Shown: positions 35,310 to 46,615 of the stretch, piece after piece
How the letters are laid out: the number at the start of each line of letters is the position of its first letter
Numbering within the stretch: position 1 is the stretch's first letter
Source: an uncultured Lachnospiraceae bacterium
Lineage (GTDB): Bacteria; Bacillota; Clostridia; Lachnospirales; Lachnospiraceae
Assembly (NCBI GenBank): GCA_947631665.1
Contig: CANRMF010000002.1
Span: 5,885-69,884 of the forward strand
Reading direction: 5' to 3'
DNA length: 64,000 nucleotides
Translations under genes and position numbers: made by a program
The notes under the pieces: model-generated
The model's input: the letters and a program-made list of their open reading frames with translations, nothing else
Told to the model about the DNA's origin: nothing
Database searches by the model: none

Positions 35310-36764
35310 ATGAACTATTCGATGATTCGATATATTTTGTCAAGCGTATTACAGTTTGAGGGCGCGTTTATGCTTTTACCGGTGCTTGTGGCTCTGGTGT
35401 ATGGAGAAAAACAGGGGTTTGTTTATCTGTTGGTTGCCGTATGCTGTCTTGTGCTGGGCGGTCTTGGGCGGATTAAAAAAGCGAAAAGAGACGTGTTTTA
35501 TTCTAAAGAAGGATTTGTTGCAGTTTCCCTGAGCTGGCTTCTGCTCAGTTTTGTGGGCGCTGTGCCGTTTGTTGTTACGGGAGAAATTCCGTTCTATCTG
35601 GACGCGCTGTTTGAAACCATTTCCGGATTTACCACGACCGGTTCCTCAATTCTGACGGACGTAGAAGTGTTGTCCCATGCGACTTTGTTCTGGCGCTCCT
35701 TTACGCACTGGATTGGAGGCATGGGCGTGCTGGTGTTTATTATGGCGGTACTGCCGCTTTCCGGAAGTTCGAGTCTGCATATGATGAAAGCGGAAAGTCC
35801 CGGGCCGGTTGTCGGCAAACTCGTGCCGAAACTCAAAAATACGGCGATGATTTTATACGGGATTTATGTGGTTATTACGGTGCTTGAAATTATTCTGCTG
35901 CTGATTACCGGCATGACGCCGTTTGAAGCGATGACCCTTACATTTGGTACGGTAGGTACCGGAGGTTTTGGAATCCTCAACAGCAGTATTGCGTCATACG
36001 GACTTGCCTCTCAGATTGTGATTACAGTCTTTATGCTGATATGCTCAATCAACTTCAGCGTTTATTATCTGCTTTTAATCCGCAAGCCGAAGGAAGCCCT
36101 TCGTAACGAGGAAATGCGTTACTATCTGGCGATTGTTCTGGTATCCGCGCTTGTGATAGCAGTCAATATTTATGATAAATTTGCAAATTTCTTTGAAGCT
36201 TTTCACCATGCGTTGTTTCAGGTTGCGTCCATTATCAGTACGACCGGATATTCGACGGCCAATTTTAATATCTGGCCGGGATTTTGCAGGACAATACTGG
36301 TGCTGCTGATGTTCATTGGTGCCTGCGCAGGCAGTACCGGCGGCGGATTTAAAATTTCGCGTCTGATTATTGTCCTCAAGGCGGTTAAAAATGAGATTAA
36401 ATCCATTACGCACCCGCGAAGCGTGCAGAGGGTGCGCGTTGAAAGCAAACAGGTGCACAATGACGTCGTGAGAAAAGTGCTGACGTATCTTGGGGCTTAC
36501 GTCATTATTCTGATTGTTTCCGTACTGCTTGTCAGCGTGGAGGGACGGGGCTTTACGACCAGTTTTACAGCCGTTATGGCGACCTTTAATAATATCGGGC
36601 CGGGACTGGACGGCGTCTACGCCGGATTTTCCGACTGCAGTATCCTGTCAAAAATTGTTCTGATGATGGATATGCTGATAGGGCGTCTTGAGATATTCCC
36701 GATGCTGGTGCTGTTTTCTCCGGAGGTCTGGAAAATACCGCTCCGTAAAAGCAGGTTAAATTAA
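35310..36764 (+). CDS. trkH: Trk potassium transporter membrane subunit TrkH
   Basis: 484 aa polytopic protein with TrkH-type pore motifs (SGFTTTGSS, GTVGTGGFG, TTGYSTA, STGGGFK). Confidence 0.9.
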   Translation: MNYSMIRYILSSVLQFEGAFMLLPVLVALVYGEKQGFVYLLVAVCCLVLGGLGRIKKAKRDVFYSKEGFVAVSLSWLLLSFVGAVPFVVTGEIPFYLDALFETISGFTTTGSSILTDVEVLSHATLFWRSFTHWIGGMGVLVFIMAVLPLSGSSSLHMMKAESPGPVVGKLVPKLKNTAMILYGIYVVITVLEIILLLITGMTPFEAMTLTFGTVGTGGFGILNSSIASYGLASQIVITVFMLICSINFSVYYLLLIRKPKEALRNEEMRYYLAIVLVSALVIAVNIYDKFANFFEAFHHALFQVASIISTTGYSTANFNIWPGFCRTILVLLMFIGACAGSTGGGFKISRLIIVLKAVKNEIKSITHPRSVQRVRVESKQVHNDVVRKVLTYLGAYVIILIVSVLLVSVEGRGFTTSFTAVMATFNNIGPGLDGVYAGFSDCSILSKIVLMMDMLIGRLEIFPMLVLFSPEVWKIPLRKSRLN

Positions 36765-36793
36765 AGTACAGAAGAAATCAATTAAAGGAGTTT

Positions 36794-37438
36794 ATGATGA
36801 ACATTTATTTTTTTAATATTACGGTATTAAGAAATAAAAATGTCTATGAAGACAAACTGAAAGATATGGATTCCCAGCGGTTGGAAAAGATACATCAGAT
36901 GAAAAAAACAGACGACAGGCTGAGAAGTCTGGGCGCCGGACTGTTAATCAATTTTATTAAAAATAAATATCGGATCCATGACAGGCTTCAGACAGACAAG
37001 TTTGGAAAACCTTATTTTGAAAATGCGCCGCTGCATTTTAATATTTCCCATTCGGGGAATTATGTGATAGCGGCAGTATCAAAGTACGAGATAGGCATTG
37101 ACATTCAGCGCGTGCGCGCGGACAAACACCGGATTGCGGAAAAAAACTTTGTGGCGGGCGAGTGCGCATATATCAATGCGATGGAAGACGAGGAAACGCA
37201 GCAGCAGCGCTTTTGTGAAATATGGACTGTCAAAGAGGCTTATCTGAAAGCAAAAGGAATCGGACTCCGTAAACCGCTCAATTCTTTTGAGGTGGATTTG
37301 TCAGAAGACGCGCCAAAGATTGTCGGGGAGGAAGCGCTGAGAGTCGTGCAGTTCCGGATAGACCGGAAATATATTGTTTCCGTTTGCGCCGGCATACAGG
37401 ATAAAGATTTTCAAATAGAAGAAATCAAAATTCAGTGA
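36794..37438 (+). CDS. 4'-phosphopantetheinyl transferase, Sfp type
   Basis: FNISHSGNYVIAAV..IGIDIQ and WTVKEAYLKAKGIGL motifs. Confidence 0.85.
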   Translation: MMNIYFFNITVLRNKNVYEDKLKDMDSQRLEKIHQMKKTDDRLRSLGAGLLINFIKNKYRIHDRLQTDKFGKPYFENAPLHFNISHSGNYVIAAVSKYEIGIDIQRVRADKHRIAEKNFVAGECAYINAMEDEETQQQRFCEIWTVKEAYLKAKGIGLRKPLNSFEVDLSEDAPKIVGEEALRVVQFRIDRKYIVSVCAGIQDKDFQIEEIKIQ

Positions 37439-37445
37439 CAAAATA

Positions 37446-37497
37446 AAAAGAAGCGGCAGTTTTTAATGATTGTAAATTAAAAACGCCGCTTTTTGTT
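37446..37497. terminator. Bidirectional terminator between convergent genes
   Basis: AGCGGC (37452-37457) pairs with GCCGCT (37485-37490), with an extended AT stem. It is flanked by an A-run and T-run. Confidence 0.6.
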
Positions 37498-37509
37498 ATC
37501 ATATCATAA

Positions 37510-38370
37510 TTACCTGCTCCATCTTCCGGAAGCTCCGCAGGGCAGAATCAAACCATTGGACGAAACCGGCAGACCAATTTCATCAGATTCCACAGCGCCG
37601 CCAAATTTTGGAACAATGGCGGTCTGCATCATATAAGACAATACCGCAGGCTGAAGACCCGTCGTGTAAGAATTTACCAAAAAGAACAGCGGATTGTCGC
37701 TTAACAGTTTGGTACAAAGACTGATAAAAGGAAAGATTTTTTCTTCTATCTTCCAGATTTCTCCTTTTGGACCGCGTCCGTAGGAGGGAGGATCCATGAT
37801 AATCCCATCGTAAGTATTGCCGCGGCGGATTTCCCGCTCCACAAACTTCACACAGTCGTCCACGAGCCAGCGGACGGAACGGTCTGCCAGACCGGAAGAT
37901 ACGGCATTTTCTTTTGCCCATGTCACCATTCCCTTGGAAGCGTCAACGTGCGTGACGGAAGCGCCCGCCTGCAGCGCGGCAAGTGTAGCCCCTCCGGTAT
38001 AGGCGAAAAGATTTAAGACTTTGACCGGTCTGCCCGCATTGCGGATTTTTTCGGAAAACCAGTCCCAGTTGACCGCCTGCTCCGGAAACAGACCGGTATG
38101 CTTAAAACTGAAAGGCTTTAAATTAAAGGTTAAATCTTTATAATGGATCTGCCATTGCTTCGGCAAATCAAAAAATTCCCATTGACCGCCGCCTTTACTG
38201 CTCCGGTGATAATGCCCGTTTGGACGGCGCCATTTCGGATTATTCTTTTCGGTATCCCAGAGCACCTGCGGATCGGGACGCACTAAAAAATAATCTCCCC
38301 ACCGCTCTAATTTTTCACCTGAAGATGTATCCAAAACTTCATAATCATTCCAATGCTTCGCAACCCACAT
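37510..38370 (-). CDS. Class I SAM-dependent methyltransferase (RlmI-like C-terminal module)
   Basis: LNLFAYTGGATLAALQAGA..VTHVD (motif I) and DGIIMDPPSYGRG (motif IV). Confidence 0.8.
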   Translation of the reverse strand: MWVAKHWNDYEVLDTSSGEKLERWGDYFLVRPDPQVLWDTEKNNPKWRRPNGHYHRSSKGGGQWEFFDLPKQWQIHYKDLTFNLKPFSFKHTGLFPEQAVNWDWFSEKIRNAGRPVKVLNLFAYTGGATLAALQAGASVTHVDASKGMVTWAKENAVSSGLADRSVRWLVDDCVKFVEREIRRGNTYDGIIMDPPSYGRGPKGEIWKIEEKIFPFISLCTKLLSDNPLFFLVNSYTTGLQPAVLSYMMQTAIVPKFGGAVESDEIGLPVSSNGLILPCGASGRWSR

Positions 38371-38647
38371 AACTGTTTCCCATTTCTTTTCAATCAGGTT
38401 TCTTTTTGTTTCTTACGGTAAAAAAGTGAAGAAGTTTAAAATTGCTCATTCACCTTTCAGTAAAAAATAAAGAAATTTAAAATCTCTCATTCACCTTTAA
38501 AATGATAAATGGTAGGCTTTGAAAAGTCAAATCCTTTTGCGGGGTTCAGGGAAATCTCCACCTTACCCTTGACATTATCTTAAAGGTGAAGTGTAACCAA
38601 TCATTGACACCTTAACACACAGGTTTTCCGGGCATTTTCTTTAACTG

Positions 38648-38677
38648 TTGCCCAAGTGCGTCTTTATGTGGTATACT
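38648..38677 (+). promoter_or_regulatory. Candidate promoter of the DUF4190 gene
   Basis: TTGCCC (38648-38653), 18-nt spacer, TGgTATACT extended -10 (38669-38677). Confidence 0.4.
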
Positions 38678-38711
38678 TGTGCATAGAATATCAACAAGGA
38701 GAGAAAGAAAA

Positions 38712-39035
38712 ATGCAGGAAAACAACAACTATTATGAAAACCCAAATGTAGAAACACCAAACAACGGGCCATATCCTGACGATGGAAAGGCAACTGCGTC
38801 CATGATTTGCGGTATTATCGGTGTGATTCCATGTTTTTGGAGTCTGCTGGGCCTTGTATTGGGAATTGTCGCTGTGGTTTTGTCAAGTAATTATGTAAAA
38901 GCTACCGGAGACAGACAAAACAGCAAGGCAAAAGCAGGACAAATCTGCGGAATTATTGCAATTATCGGTTCGGTAGTGTCTATTATAGCCACTGTTGTAT
39001 ATACGGCAGGAGTGATAAGTTTTACAGGCCTGTAA
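38712..39035 (+). CDS. DUF4190-like small membrane protein
   Basis: The start is moved to ATG 38712 (AAGGAGAG upstream). The N/P-rich N-terminus is followed by two TM helices (ASMICGIIGVIPCFW..., AGQICGIIAIIGSVV). Confidence 0.75.
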   Translation: MQENNNYYENPNVETPNNGPYPDDGKATASMICGIIGVIPCFWSLLGLVLGIVAVVLSSNYVKATGDRQNSKAKAGQICGIIAIIGSVVSIIATVVYTAGVISFTGL

Positions 39036-39112
39036 AAATACATATTTTATCGGTTATATTGTCGTATTTGAAAAAGTTGGGAAAATTTTTCCTGACTTTT
39101 TCATTTTTTTGC

Positions 39113-39141
39113 TTGCATTTTATTTTTTCTTGTGCTAAACT
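39113..39141 (+). promoter_or_regulatory. S10 operon promoter
   Basis: TTGCAT (39113-39118), 17-nt spacer, TGcTAAACT extended -10 (39133-39141). This leaves a ~225-nt leader before rpsJ. Confidence 0.55.
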
Positions 39142-39373
39142 ACTTCTTGCTGTGACATTGATAGCGATGAAGCGTGAGGTTGCTGCATCTGATTGCAGGT
39201 TTTCCGCGGAGCGAATGTCAAGTTAGGAAACTGGCGACAAGTCACTGTACAAAATAGTCCACCGGGGAGTGGAAACGACGTGTAAGGTTCGTTTATAAAA
39301 ATGACACACACGGAAAAGTTGTACGGTCACCACTTGTCGTGCTAAATAGTACGAAAAGGAGGCGGCTTTTTTT

Positions 39374-39688
39374 ATGGCACAGGTAATGAGAATTACATTA
39401 AAGGCTTACGATCACAAATTAGTAGATCAGTCAGCTAAGAAAATTGTTGAAACTGCAAAAAATTCAGGAGCAGATGTGAGTGGCCCTGTACCTCTCCCGA
39501 CAAAGAAGGAAGTAGTTACGATACTTAGGGCGGTACACAAAGACAAAGACTCCAGAGAGCAGTTTGAACAGAGGACTCATAAGAGACTTATTGATATCAT
39601 CTCACCGACACAGAAGGCTGTGGACGCATTGTCCAGATTAGAGATGCCTGCCGGTGTGTATATCGACATCAAGATGAAAAACAAATAA
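39374..39688 (+). CDS. rpsJ: 30S ribosomal protein S10
   Basis: [16 protein letters not shown]... First gene of the S10 cluster. Confidence 0.97.
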   Translation: MAQVMRITLKAYDHKLVDQSAKKIVETAKNSGADVSGPVPLPTKKEVVTILRAVHKDKDSREQFEQRTHKRLIDIISPTQKAVDALSRLEMPAGVYIDIKMKNK

Positions 39689-39808
39689 TTCATCGAACAC
39701 TTACATTATTATAAGTGAATAGTCCTAATGGTTTAATGATAAAGATTGAACTGTTCTAGGATGATTGCAGCAATGCAATCCGCTGTAGATTAACAGGAGG
39801 TAATTAAA

Positions 39809-40438
39809 ATGAAGAAAGCTATTTTAGCTACAAAAGTTGGTATGACTCAGATATTCAATGATGCCGGCGAACTGGTACCGGTTACTGTTCTTCAGGCCGG
39901 CCCTTGTGTAGTAACACAGGTAAAGACCGTTGAAAACGACGGGTATGCAGCCGTTCAGGTCGGATTTCAGGATATCAGGGAAAAATTGGTCAACAAGCCG
40001 AGAAAGGGCGTGTTCGACAAAGCAGGAGTTCCTTACAAGAGATATGTGAGAGAATTTAAGTTAGACGGCGAGTACAAAGTCGCTGATGAAATCAAAGCCG
40101 ATGTATTTGAAGCGGGCGATAAAGTAGATGCGTCTGCGATTGCAAAGGGAAAAGGATTTCAGGGCGCAATCAAGAGACATGGACAGTCCAGAGGGCCTAT
40201 GGCGCATGGTTCCAAGTATCACAGACATGCCGGTTCCAATGGCGCATGCTCATCTCCAAGTAAGGTATTTAAAGGTAAAAAGATGCCGGGTCACATGGGC
40301 GGTAAAAAGGTAACAACCCAAAACCTTGAGATTGTCAGAGTAGATGCTGAAAAGAATTTACTTCTGGTAAAAGGAGCCGTACCGGGGCCGAAGAAGTCTT
40401 TAGTAACGATTAAAGAATCCGTAAAAGCCGGCAAGTAG
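39809..40438 (+). CDS. rplC: 50S ribosomal protein L3
   Basis: [12 protein letters not shown]...GKGFQG..KRHG motifs and synteny. Confidence 0.97.
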   Translation: MKKAILATKVGMTQIFNDAGELVPVTVLQAGPCVVTQVKTVENDGYAAVQVGFQDIREKLVNKPRKGVFDKAGVPYKRYVREFKLDGEYKVADEIKADVFEAGDKVDASAIAKGKGFQGAIKRHGQSRGPMAHGSKYHRHAGSNGACSSPSKVFKGKKMPGHMGGKKVTTQNLEIVRVDAEKNLLLVKGAVPGPKKSLVTIKESVKAGK

Positions 40439-40460
40439 TATTTGAAAGGAGGACATACAG

Positions 40461-41081
40461 ATGGCAAAAGTATCTGTTTTAAATATGCAAGGAAGCGAAG
40501 TTGGAACGATTGAACTGAGCGATGCGGTATTTGGCGTTGAAATCAACGAACATTTAGTACATCAGGCAGTTTTAAGCCAGCTCGCAAACAACCGTCAGGG
40601 AACGCAGAAGGCAAAGACGCGTTCAGAAGTAAGCGGCGGTGGTAAAAAGCCATGGAGGCAAAAAGAAACCGGTCATGCAAGACAGGGTTCTACAAGAGCT
40701 CCTCAGTGGACAGGCGGCGGAGTTGTATTTGCCCCGACACCGAGAGATTATTCGTTCAAGATGAACAAAAAAGAAAAAAGAATTGCTCTGAAGTCTGCGT
40801 TGACATCAAGAGTAAATGAAGGAAAGTTTGTTGTTGTTGACGAGTTAAAATTTGAAGCACCTAAGACAAAGGAATTTGTTCAGGTTCTTGAAAACTTAAA
40901 GGTAGAGAAGGCGTTGGTCGTATTAAGCGATAATGACCGGAACACTGTTTTATCAGCAAAGAACATTCCGACAGTAAAGACAGCTTTGACAAACACCATT
41001 AACGTATACGACATTTTAAAGTACGATACGGTTGTAGTGGAAAAAGCTGCCGTAGAAACGATTGAGGAGGTGTATGCATAA
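40461..41081 (+). CDS. rplD: 50S ribosomal protein L4
   Basis: GGGKKPWRQKETGHARQGSTRAPQWTGGG. Confidence 0.97.
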   Translation: MAKVSVLNMQGSEVGTIELSDAVFGVEINEHLVHQAVLSQLANNRQGTQKAKTRSEVSGGGKKPWRQKETGHARQGSTRAPQWTGGGVVFAPTPRDYSFKMNKKEKRIALKSALTSRVNEGKFVVVDELKFEAPKTKEFVQVLENLKVEKALVVLSDNDRNTVLSAKNIPTVKTALTNTINVYDILKYDTVVVEKAAVETIEEVYA

Positions 41082-41380
41082 TGGCAGACCTTAAATATTA
41101 TGACGTTATACTTGCTCCGGTGATTACCGAAAAAAGTATGAACGCTATGGCAGAAAGAAAATATACATTTTATGTTCACACAGACGCCACGAAAAATCAG
41201 GTAAAAGACGCAGTCGAAAAAATGTTTGAAGGAGCAAAGGTTGCAAGCGTAAATACCATGAATTTAAGTGGAAAGAACCGTAGGAGAGGCTATGTCACAG
41301 GAAAGACGGCGGCAAAGAAAAAAGCAATCGTGCAGTTGACGGAAGACAGCGCAGAGATTGAAATTTTTGCAGGCCTGTAA
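41081..41380 (+). CDS. rplW: 50S ribosomal protein L23
   Basis: YDVILAPVITEKS. TAATG overlap with rplD. Confidence 0.97.
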   Translation: MADLKYYDVILAPVITEKSMNAMAERKYTFYVHTDATKNQVKDAVEKMFEGAKVASVNTMNLSGKNRRRGYVTGKTAAKKKAIVQLTEDSAEIEIFAGL

Positions 41381-41503
41381 TCCAAGACACAGATATCCGG
41401 CAGAGCATGGGAAATTTCCAAAGCGCCGGAAACTCATCGGTAAAATATTAAACGCAAGAAAAGCGTGATAACAAATTGAGATTGATTTGAAAGGAGAAAG
41501 AAA

Positions 41504-42346
41504 ATGGGAATTAAGACATATAACCCATATACACCTTCCAGAAGAGCTATGACACAGCTTGACAATGCAGAGATTACAAAGTCAACTCCTGAGAAATCAT
41601 TGACGGTATCTCTCAAGAAAAATGCTGGTCGTAACAATCAGGGTAAAATTACAGTAAGACACCATGGTGGTGGATCCAGAAGAAAATACAGAATCATTGA
41701 TTTTAAGAGAAATAAAGTTGATGTTCCTGCTACTGTTAAGAGCATTGAATATGATCCTAACAGAACAGCCAACATTGCTTTAATCTGTTACGCAGACGGT
41801 GAAAAGTCATACATCATCGCTCCGCTTGGATTAAAGGTTGGCGATGTGCTGATGAACGGAGAAAACGCAGAAGTGAAAGTCGGCAACTGTTTACCGCTTT
41901 CTGCAATTCCGGTCGGTACGGAAATTCACAACATCGAATTATATCCGGGAAAAGGCGGACAGCTCGTCCGCGCAGCAGGAAACGCAGCGCAGTTGATGGC
42001 AAAAGAAGGAAAGTATGCGACGCTCAGACTTCCTTCAGGAGAAATGAGAATGGTTCCGATTGTCTGCCGCGCAACGATTGGCACTGTCGGAAACGTTGAA
42101 CATGGTCTTGTAAATATCGGTAAGGCAGGACGTAAGCGTAATATGGGTATCAGACCTACGGTTCGCGGTTCTGTTATGAACCCGAATGACCACCCGCATG
42201 GTGGTGGTGAAGGACGCGCGCCAATCGGACGTTCCGGCCCATGTACCCCTTGGGGCAAACCGGCGCTCGGCTTAAAGACGCGTAAGAAGAACAAGCAGTC
42301 TAACAAGCTGATTATCAGAAGACGTGACGGAAAGAACATGAAATAA
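41504..42346 (+). CDS. rplB: 50S ribosomal protein L2
   Basis: [16 protein letters not shown]...[12 protein letters not shown]. Confidence 0.98.
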   Translation: MGIKTYNPYTPSRRAMTQLDNAEITKSTPEKSLTVSLKKNAGRNNQGKITVRHHGGGSRRKYRIIDFKRNKVDVPATVKSIEYDPNRTANIALICYADGEKSYIIAPLGLKVGDVLMNGENAEVKVGNCLPLSAIPVGTEIHNIELYPGKGGQLVRAAGNAAQLMAKEGKYATLRLPSGEMRMVPIVCRATIGTVGNVEHGLVNIGKAGRKRNMGIRPTVRGSVMNPNDHPHGGGEGRAPIGRSGPCTPWGKPALGLKTRKKNKQSNKLIIRRRDGKNMK

Positions 42347-42360
42347 GGAGGTAGAAACTA

Positions 42361-42636
42361 ATGGCCAGATCATTAAAAAAAGGTCCATTTGCGGATGAGA
42401 GTTTATTAAAGAAAATTGATGCGATGAACGAATCCGGCGAAAAGTCAGTAGTTAAGACTTGGTCCAGACGTTCCACAATTTTCCCACAGATGGTTGGACA
42501 TACAATCGCTGTCCATGATGGTAGAAAGCATGTGCCTGTTTATGTTACAGAAGATATGGTTGGACATAAGCTTGGTGAATTTGTTTCTACAAGAACTTAC
42601 AGAGGACATGGAAAAGACGAAAAGAAGGGTAGATAA
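42361..42636 (+). CDS. rpsS: 30S ribosomal protein S19
   Basis: [10 protein letters not shown]...[11 protein letters not shown]...GHKLGEF. Confidence 0.98.
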   Translation: MARSLKKGPFADESLLKKIDAMNESGEKSVVKTWSRRSTIFPQMVGHTIAVHDGRKHVPVYVTEDMVGHKLGEFVSTRTYRGHGKDEKKGR

Positions 42637-42668
42637 TAAACCCGCTAATTTGAAAGGAGGTCTCATCT

Positions 42669-43055
42669 ATGGCAAAAGGACATAGATCCCAGATAAAGAG
42701 AGAGAGAAATGCGAACAAAGATACAAGACCGTCTGCAAAATTATCTTATGCAAGAGTGTCTGTACAGAAAGCATGTTTCGTATTAGATGCCATCAGAGGT
42801 AAAGATGTAGCAAGCGCTATCGGTATTCTGACATACAACCCGAGATATGCATCTTCAGTAATTTTAAAATTATTAAATTCAGCAGTGGCAAACGCTGAAA
42901 ATAATAACAATATGGACGCCGGTAAACTTTATATCGCAGAGTGCTACGCAAATGCAGCACCTACGATGAAAAGAATTAAACCAAGAGCACAGGGCAGGGC
43001 TTACAGAATTTTAAAGAGAAACAGCCACATCACCATTGTGCTTGATGAGAGATAA
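42669..43055 (+). CDS. rplV: 50S ribosomal protein L22
   Basis: Synteny, plus a [22 protein letters not shown] tail. Confidence 0.97.
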   Translation: MAKGHRSQIKRERNANKDTRPSAKLSYARVSVQKACFVLDAIRGKDVASAIGILTYNPRYASSVILKLLNSAVANAENNNNMDAGKLYIAECYANAAPTMKRIKPRAQGRAYRILKRNSHITIVLDER

Positions 43056-43069
43056 GGAGGAGGCAAAGT

Positions 43070-43717
43070 ATGGGACAGAAAGTTAATCCTCATGGATTAA
43101 GAGTCGGAATTATTAAAGACTGGGACTCAAAATGGTATGCTGAAGCTGATTTCGCAGATAACCTTATCGAAGATTATCAGATCAGAACATATCTGAAGAA
43201 GAAGTTATACAATACAGGTGTTTCAAAAATTGAAATTGAACGATCATCTGACAGAGTAAGAGTAAATGTTTATACAGCTAAGCCGGGCCTTGTTATTGGT
43301 AAAGGCGGCGCTGAAATCGAAAAGGTAAAAGCAGAAGTCCAGAAAATGACAGATAAAAAGCTGTTTATGGACGTTAAAGATGTAAAAAGACCTGACAAGG
43401 ACGCGCAACTCGTTGCAGAAAATATCGCTGCGCAGTTGGAAAATCGTGTATCTTTCAGAAGGGCGATGAAATCTTCCATGTCCCGGACATTAAAAGCCGG
43501 CGCATTGGGAATTAAAGCTGCCTGCTCAGGAAGACTTGGCGGCGCTGATATGGCGCGTACCGAATTTTACAGCGAGGGAACAATCCCGCTTCAGACATTG
43601 CGTGCTGATATCGAATATGGTTTCGCTGAGGCTGATACCACTTACGGAAAAGTAGGGGTAAAGGTTTGGATTTACAACGGCGAAATACTTCCAACTAAAG
43701 AAGGGAGCGATAAATAA
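43070..43717 (+). CDS. rpsC: 30S ribosomal protein S3
   Basis: [14 protein letters not shown]...KH domain...[10 protein letters not shown]. Confidence 0.98.
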   Translation: MGQKVNPHGLRVGIIKDWDSKWYAEADFADNLIEDYQIRTYLKKKLYNTGVSKIEIERSSDRVRVNVYTAKPGLVIGKGGAEIEKVKAEVQKMTDKKLFMDVKDVKRPDKDAQLVAENIAAQLENRVSFRRAMKSSMSRTLKAGALGIKAACSGRLGGADMARTEFYSEGTIPLQTLRADIEYGFAEADTTYGKVGVKVWIYNGEILPTKEGSDK

Positions 43718-44154
43718 TGTTAATGCCAAAAAGAGTAAAACATAGAAAGCAATTTCGCGGTTCCATGAAAGGAAAAGCCTTATCAGGAAACAAAATCACT
43801 TACGGTGAGTACGGTATTGTTGCAATGGAGCCGGGCTGGATTAAATCAAATCAGATTGAGGCTGCCAGAATTGCCATGACGCGTTATGTCAAGAGAGGCG
43901 GTAAAGTCTGGATTAAGATTTTTCCGGATAAACCAGTAACTGCAAAACCAGCGGAAACACGAATGGGTTCCGGTAAAGGAACACTCGAATACTGGGTAGC
44001 TGTTGTTAAGCCGGGACGCGTAATGTTTGAAATTGCAGGCGTTCCTGAGGAAACTGCAAAAGAAGCGTTAAGACTGGCAACACACAAGCTTCCGGTGAAA
44101 TGTAAAGTTGTTTCACGTGAAGATTTAGAAGGCGGTGATAACAGTGAAAAGTAA
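43717..44154 (+). CDS. rplP: 50S ribosomal protein L16
   Basis: [15 protein letters not shown]...ETRMGSGKG. Confidence 0.98.
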   Translation: MLMPKRVKHRKQFRGSMKGKALSGNKITYGEYGIVAMEPGWIKSNQIEAARIAMTRYVKRGGKVWIKIFPDKPVTAKPAETRMGSGKGTLEYWVAVVKPGRVMFEIAGVPEETAKEALRLATHKLPVKCKVVSREDLEGGDNSEK

Positions 44155-44353
44155 GACATATGTAGAAGATTTAAAGACAAAATCAGCTGCAGAATTACAA
44201 GATGAATTAGTAGCTGCTAAAAAGGAACTTTTCAATTTAAGATTCCAGAACGCAACAAACCAGTTAGATAACACAAGCAGAATTAAAGAAGTAAGAAAGA
44301 ATATTGCCAGAATCCAGACAATTATCGTGGAAAAGGCAAAAGCTGCTGAATAG
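44144..44353 (+). CDS. rpmC: 50S ribosomal protein L29
   Basis: [29 protein letters not shown] start at 44144 is preferred. The ORF-track alternative GTG at 44135 is also possible. Confidence 0.92.
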   Translation: MKSKTYVEDLKTKSAAELQDELVAAKKELFNLRFQNATNQLDNTSRIKEVRKNIARIQTIIVEKAKAAE

Positions 44354-44418
44354 TTTTAGAAAAGGGCCGGGCCCTCCGGTATAACAGCCGGTTGAAAGTT
44401 AGAAAAGGAGATATTGTT

Positions 44419-44673
44419 GTGGAAAGAAATTTAAGAAAAACACGTACAGGCAAAGTTGTAAGCGATAAGATGCAGAAGACTATCGTTGTTGCAGTAGAGG
44501 ATCATGTAAAGCATCCTTTATATAACAAAATCGTTAAGAGAACTTACAAATTAAAGGCTCATGACGAGGAAAACACTGCCGGTATCGGTGATACAGTAAA
44601 AGTTATGGAAACAAGACCGTTATCTAAGGATAAGAGATGGAGACTTGTTGAAATTATTGAGAAGGCGAAATAA
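44419..44673 (+). CDS. rpsQ: 30S ribosomal protein S17
   Basis: [26 protein letters not shown] start at 44419, with AAAGGAG 8 nt upstream. The ORF-track start at 44392 is likely too long. Confidence 0.93.
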   Translation: MERNLRKTRTGKVVSDKMQKTIVVAVEDHVKHPLYNKIVKRTYKLKAHDEENTAGIGDTVKVMETRPLSKDKRWRLVEIIEKAK

Positions 44674-44704
44674 GCCTTGATGAAAGTTAAAGGAGGAATA
44701 CAGC

Positions 44705-45073
44705 ATGATTCAACAGGAAAGCAGACTGAAGGTTGCTGACAACACAGGCGCCAAAGAATTGCTGACAATCAGAGTAATGGGCGGTTCTACAAGAAGATAT
44801 GCGAACATTGGCGATATCATTGTTGCTACTGTTAAAGATGCAACACCGGGCGGCGTTGTTAAGAAGGGTGACGTTGTAAAGGCTGTGGTAGTTCGTACCG
44901 TTAAGGGCGCTCGTCGTAAAGATGGTTCATATATCAGATTTGACGAAAATGCTGCTGTAATTATAAAAGATGATAAAACCCCGAGAGGAACACGTATTTT
45001 TGGGCCGGTTGCCAGAGAGTTAAGAGATAAACAGTTTATGAGAATTGTTTCTCTGGCGCCTGAAGTTTTATAG
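44705..45073 (+). CDS. rplN: 50S ribosomal protein L14
   Basis: [18 protein letters not shown]. Confidence 0.98.
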   Translation: MIQQESRLKVADNTGAKELLTIRVMGGSTRRYANIGDIIVATVKDATPGGVVKKGDVVKAVVVRTVKGARRKDGSYIRFDENAAVIIKDDKTPRGTRIFGPVARELRDKQFMRIVSLAPEVL

Positions 45074-45087
45074 GAGGTATGCATAAT

Positions 45088-45399
45088 ATGTCAGCTATGA
45101 AAATTAAAACAGGCGATACCGTTCGGGTAATCGCAGGAAAAGACAAAGGAAAAGAAGGTAAAGTTGCAGCAGTAAATGCAAAGAACAATACCGTAATCGT
45201 CGATGGTGTCAACATGCATACAAAGCACACCAAACCGAGTGCAAAAAATCAGAATGGTGGCATCATAACTCAGGAGGGACCGATTAACGCATCTAACGTG
45301 ATGCTTGTTGTCAAAGGACAGACAACAAGAGTCGGATACAAAGTAGAAGATGGAAAGAAAGTACGTATTGCCAAGAAAACAGGCGACGTCATTGATTAG
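45088..45399 (+). CDS. rplX: 50S ribosomal protein L24
   Basis: [22 protein letters not shown] (KOW motif). ATG 45088 lies 11 nt after GGAGG. 45079 and 45097 are alternative starts. Confidence 0.92.
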   Translation: MSAMKIKTGDTVRVIAGKDKGKEGKVAAVNAKNNTVIVDGVNMHTKHTKPSAKNQNGGIITQEGPINASNVMLVVKGQTTRVGYKVEDGKKVRIAKKTGDVID

Positions 45400-45422
45400 T
45401 TTAAGAGAGGAGGTCCTAAAAA

Positions 45423-45962
45423 GTGAGCAGACTGAAAGAAACTTATTTGACAGAAATTAGGGATGCAATGCAGAAGAAGTTTGAATACAAAAATGTCATG
45501 CAGATTCCTAAGATTGATAAAATTGTTATAAACATGGGCGTAGGCGAAGCAAAGGAAAACGCTAAAGTTTTGGAAACCGCTGTCAGAGATCTTGAGATTA
45601 TCACAGGTCAGAAGGCAGTGATTACAAAGGCAAAACATTCCGTAGCAAACTTCAAGTTAAGAGAAGGCCAGTCCATCGGGTGCAAGGTAACGCTGAGAGG
45701 AGACAAGATGTACGAGTTCTTAGACAGACTGATCAATCTTGCCCTTCCACGTGTTCGTGACTTTAGAGGTGTAAATCCTAATGCATTTGACGGCAGAGGA
45801 AATTATGCTCTTGGAATTAAAGAACAGATTATTTTCCCTGAAATCGAATACGATAAGGTTGATAAAGTTAGAGGTATGGACGTAATTATCGTTACTACTG
45901 CTAACACAGATGAAGAAGCTCGTGAATTATTGACATTATTTAATATGCCATTTGCAAAGTAA
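45423..45962 (+). CDS. rplE: 50S ribosomal protein L5
   Basis: RLKETY...[23 protein letters not shown] start. Confidence 0.97.
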   Translation: MSRLKETYLTEIRDAMQKKFEYKNVMQIPKIDKIVINMGVGEAKENAKVLETAVRDLEIITGQKAVITKAKHSVANFKLREGQSIGCKVTLRGDKMYEFLDRLINLALPRVRDFRGVNPNAFDGRGNYALGIKEQIIFPEIEYDKVDKVRGMDVIIVTTANTDEEARELLTLFNMPFAK

Positions 45963-45977
45963 TTAGGAGGTAGATCC

Positions 45978-46163
45978 ATGGCTAGAACTGCTATGAAAGT
46001 AAAACAGCAAAGAAAAGCTAAATTCTCAACACAGGCTTACAATCGTTGTAGAATCTGTGGCCGTCCACACGCATATTTAAGAAAATACGGAATCTGCAGA
46101 ATTTGTTTCCGGGAATTGGCGTATAAGGGACAGATACCGGGCGTGAAAAAAGCAAGCTGGTAA
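45978..46163 (+). CDS. rpsN: 30S ribosomal protein S14, zinc-binding type Z (61 aa)
   Basis: [23 protein letters not shown] (CxxC...CxxC). Confidence 0.97.
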   Translation: MARTAMKVKQQRKAKFSTQAYNRCRICGRPHAYLRKYGICRICFRELAYKGQIPGVKKASW

Positions 46164-46189
46164 GAGAAAATTTGAAGGAGGAAATAACT

Positions 46190-46591
46190 ATGAATATAAG
46201 TGATCCAATCGCAGATATGCTTACGAGAATCCGTAATGCAAATACTGCAAAGCATGATACTGTAGATGTTCCTGCATCAAAGATGAAATTAGCTATTGCT
46301 GAGATTCTTTTCAATGAAGGTTACATTACAAAGTATGACGTTTTAGATGAAGGTAACTTCAAGACAATCAGAATCACATTAAAGTATGGTAAAGATAAAA
46401 ATGATAAGGTTATTACAGGTATCAAGAAGATTTCCAAACCGGGACTTCGTGTTTATGCCGGCAAAGACGAACTTCCAAAGGTTCTCGGCGGACTTGGCGT
46501 AGCAATCATTTCTACAAACAAAGGTGTGATTACAGATAAAGAAGCTAGAAAAGCAGGCGTTGGCGGAGAAGTTCTCGCATTCGTCTGGTAA
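46190..46591 (+). CDS. rpsH: 30S ribosomal protein S8
   Basis: [17 protein letters not shown]. The start is moved to ATG 46190, after GAAGGAGG. Confidence 0.96.
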   Translation: MNISDPIADMLTRIRNANTAKHDTVDVPASKMKLAIAEILFNEGYITKYDVLDEGNFKTIRITLKYGKDKNDKVITGIKKISKPGLRVYAGKDELPKVLGGLGVAIISTNKGVITDKEARKAGVGGEVLAFVW

Positions 46592-46615
46592 GAAAAAATT
46601 AGGAGGTAAGGCGAA

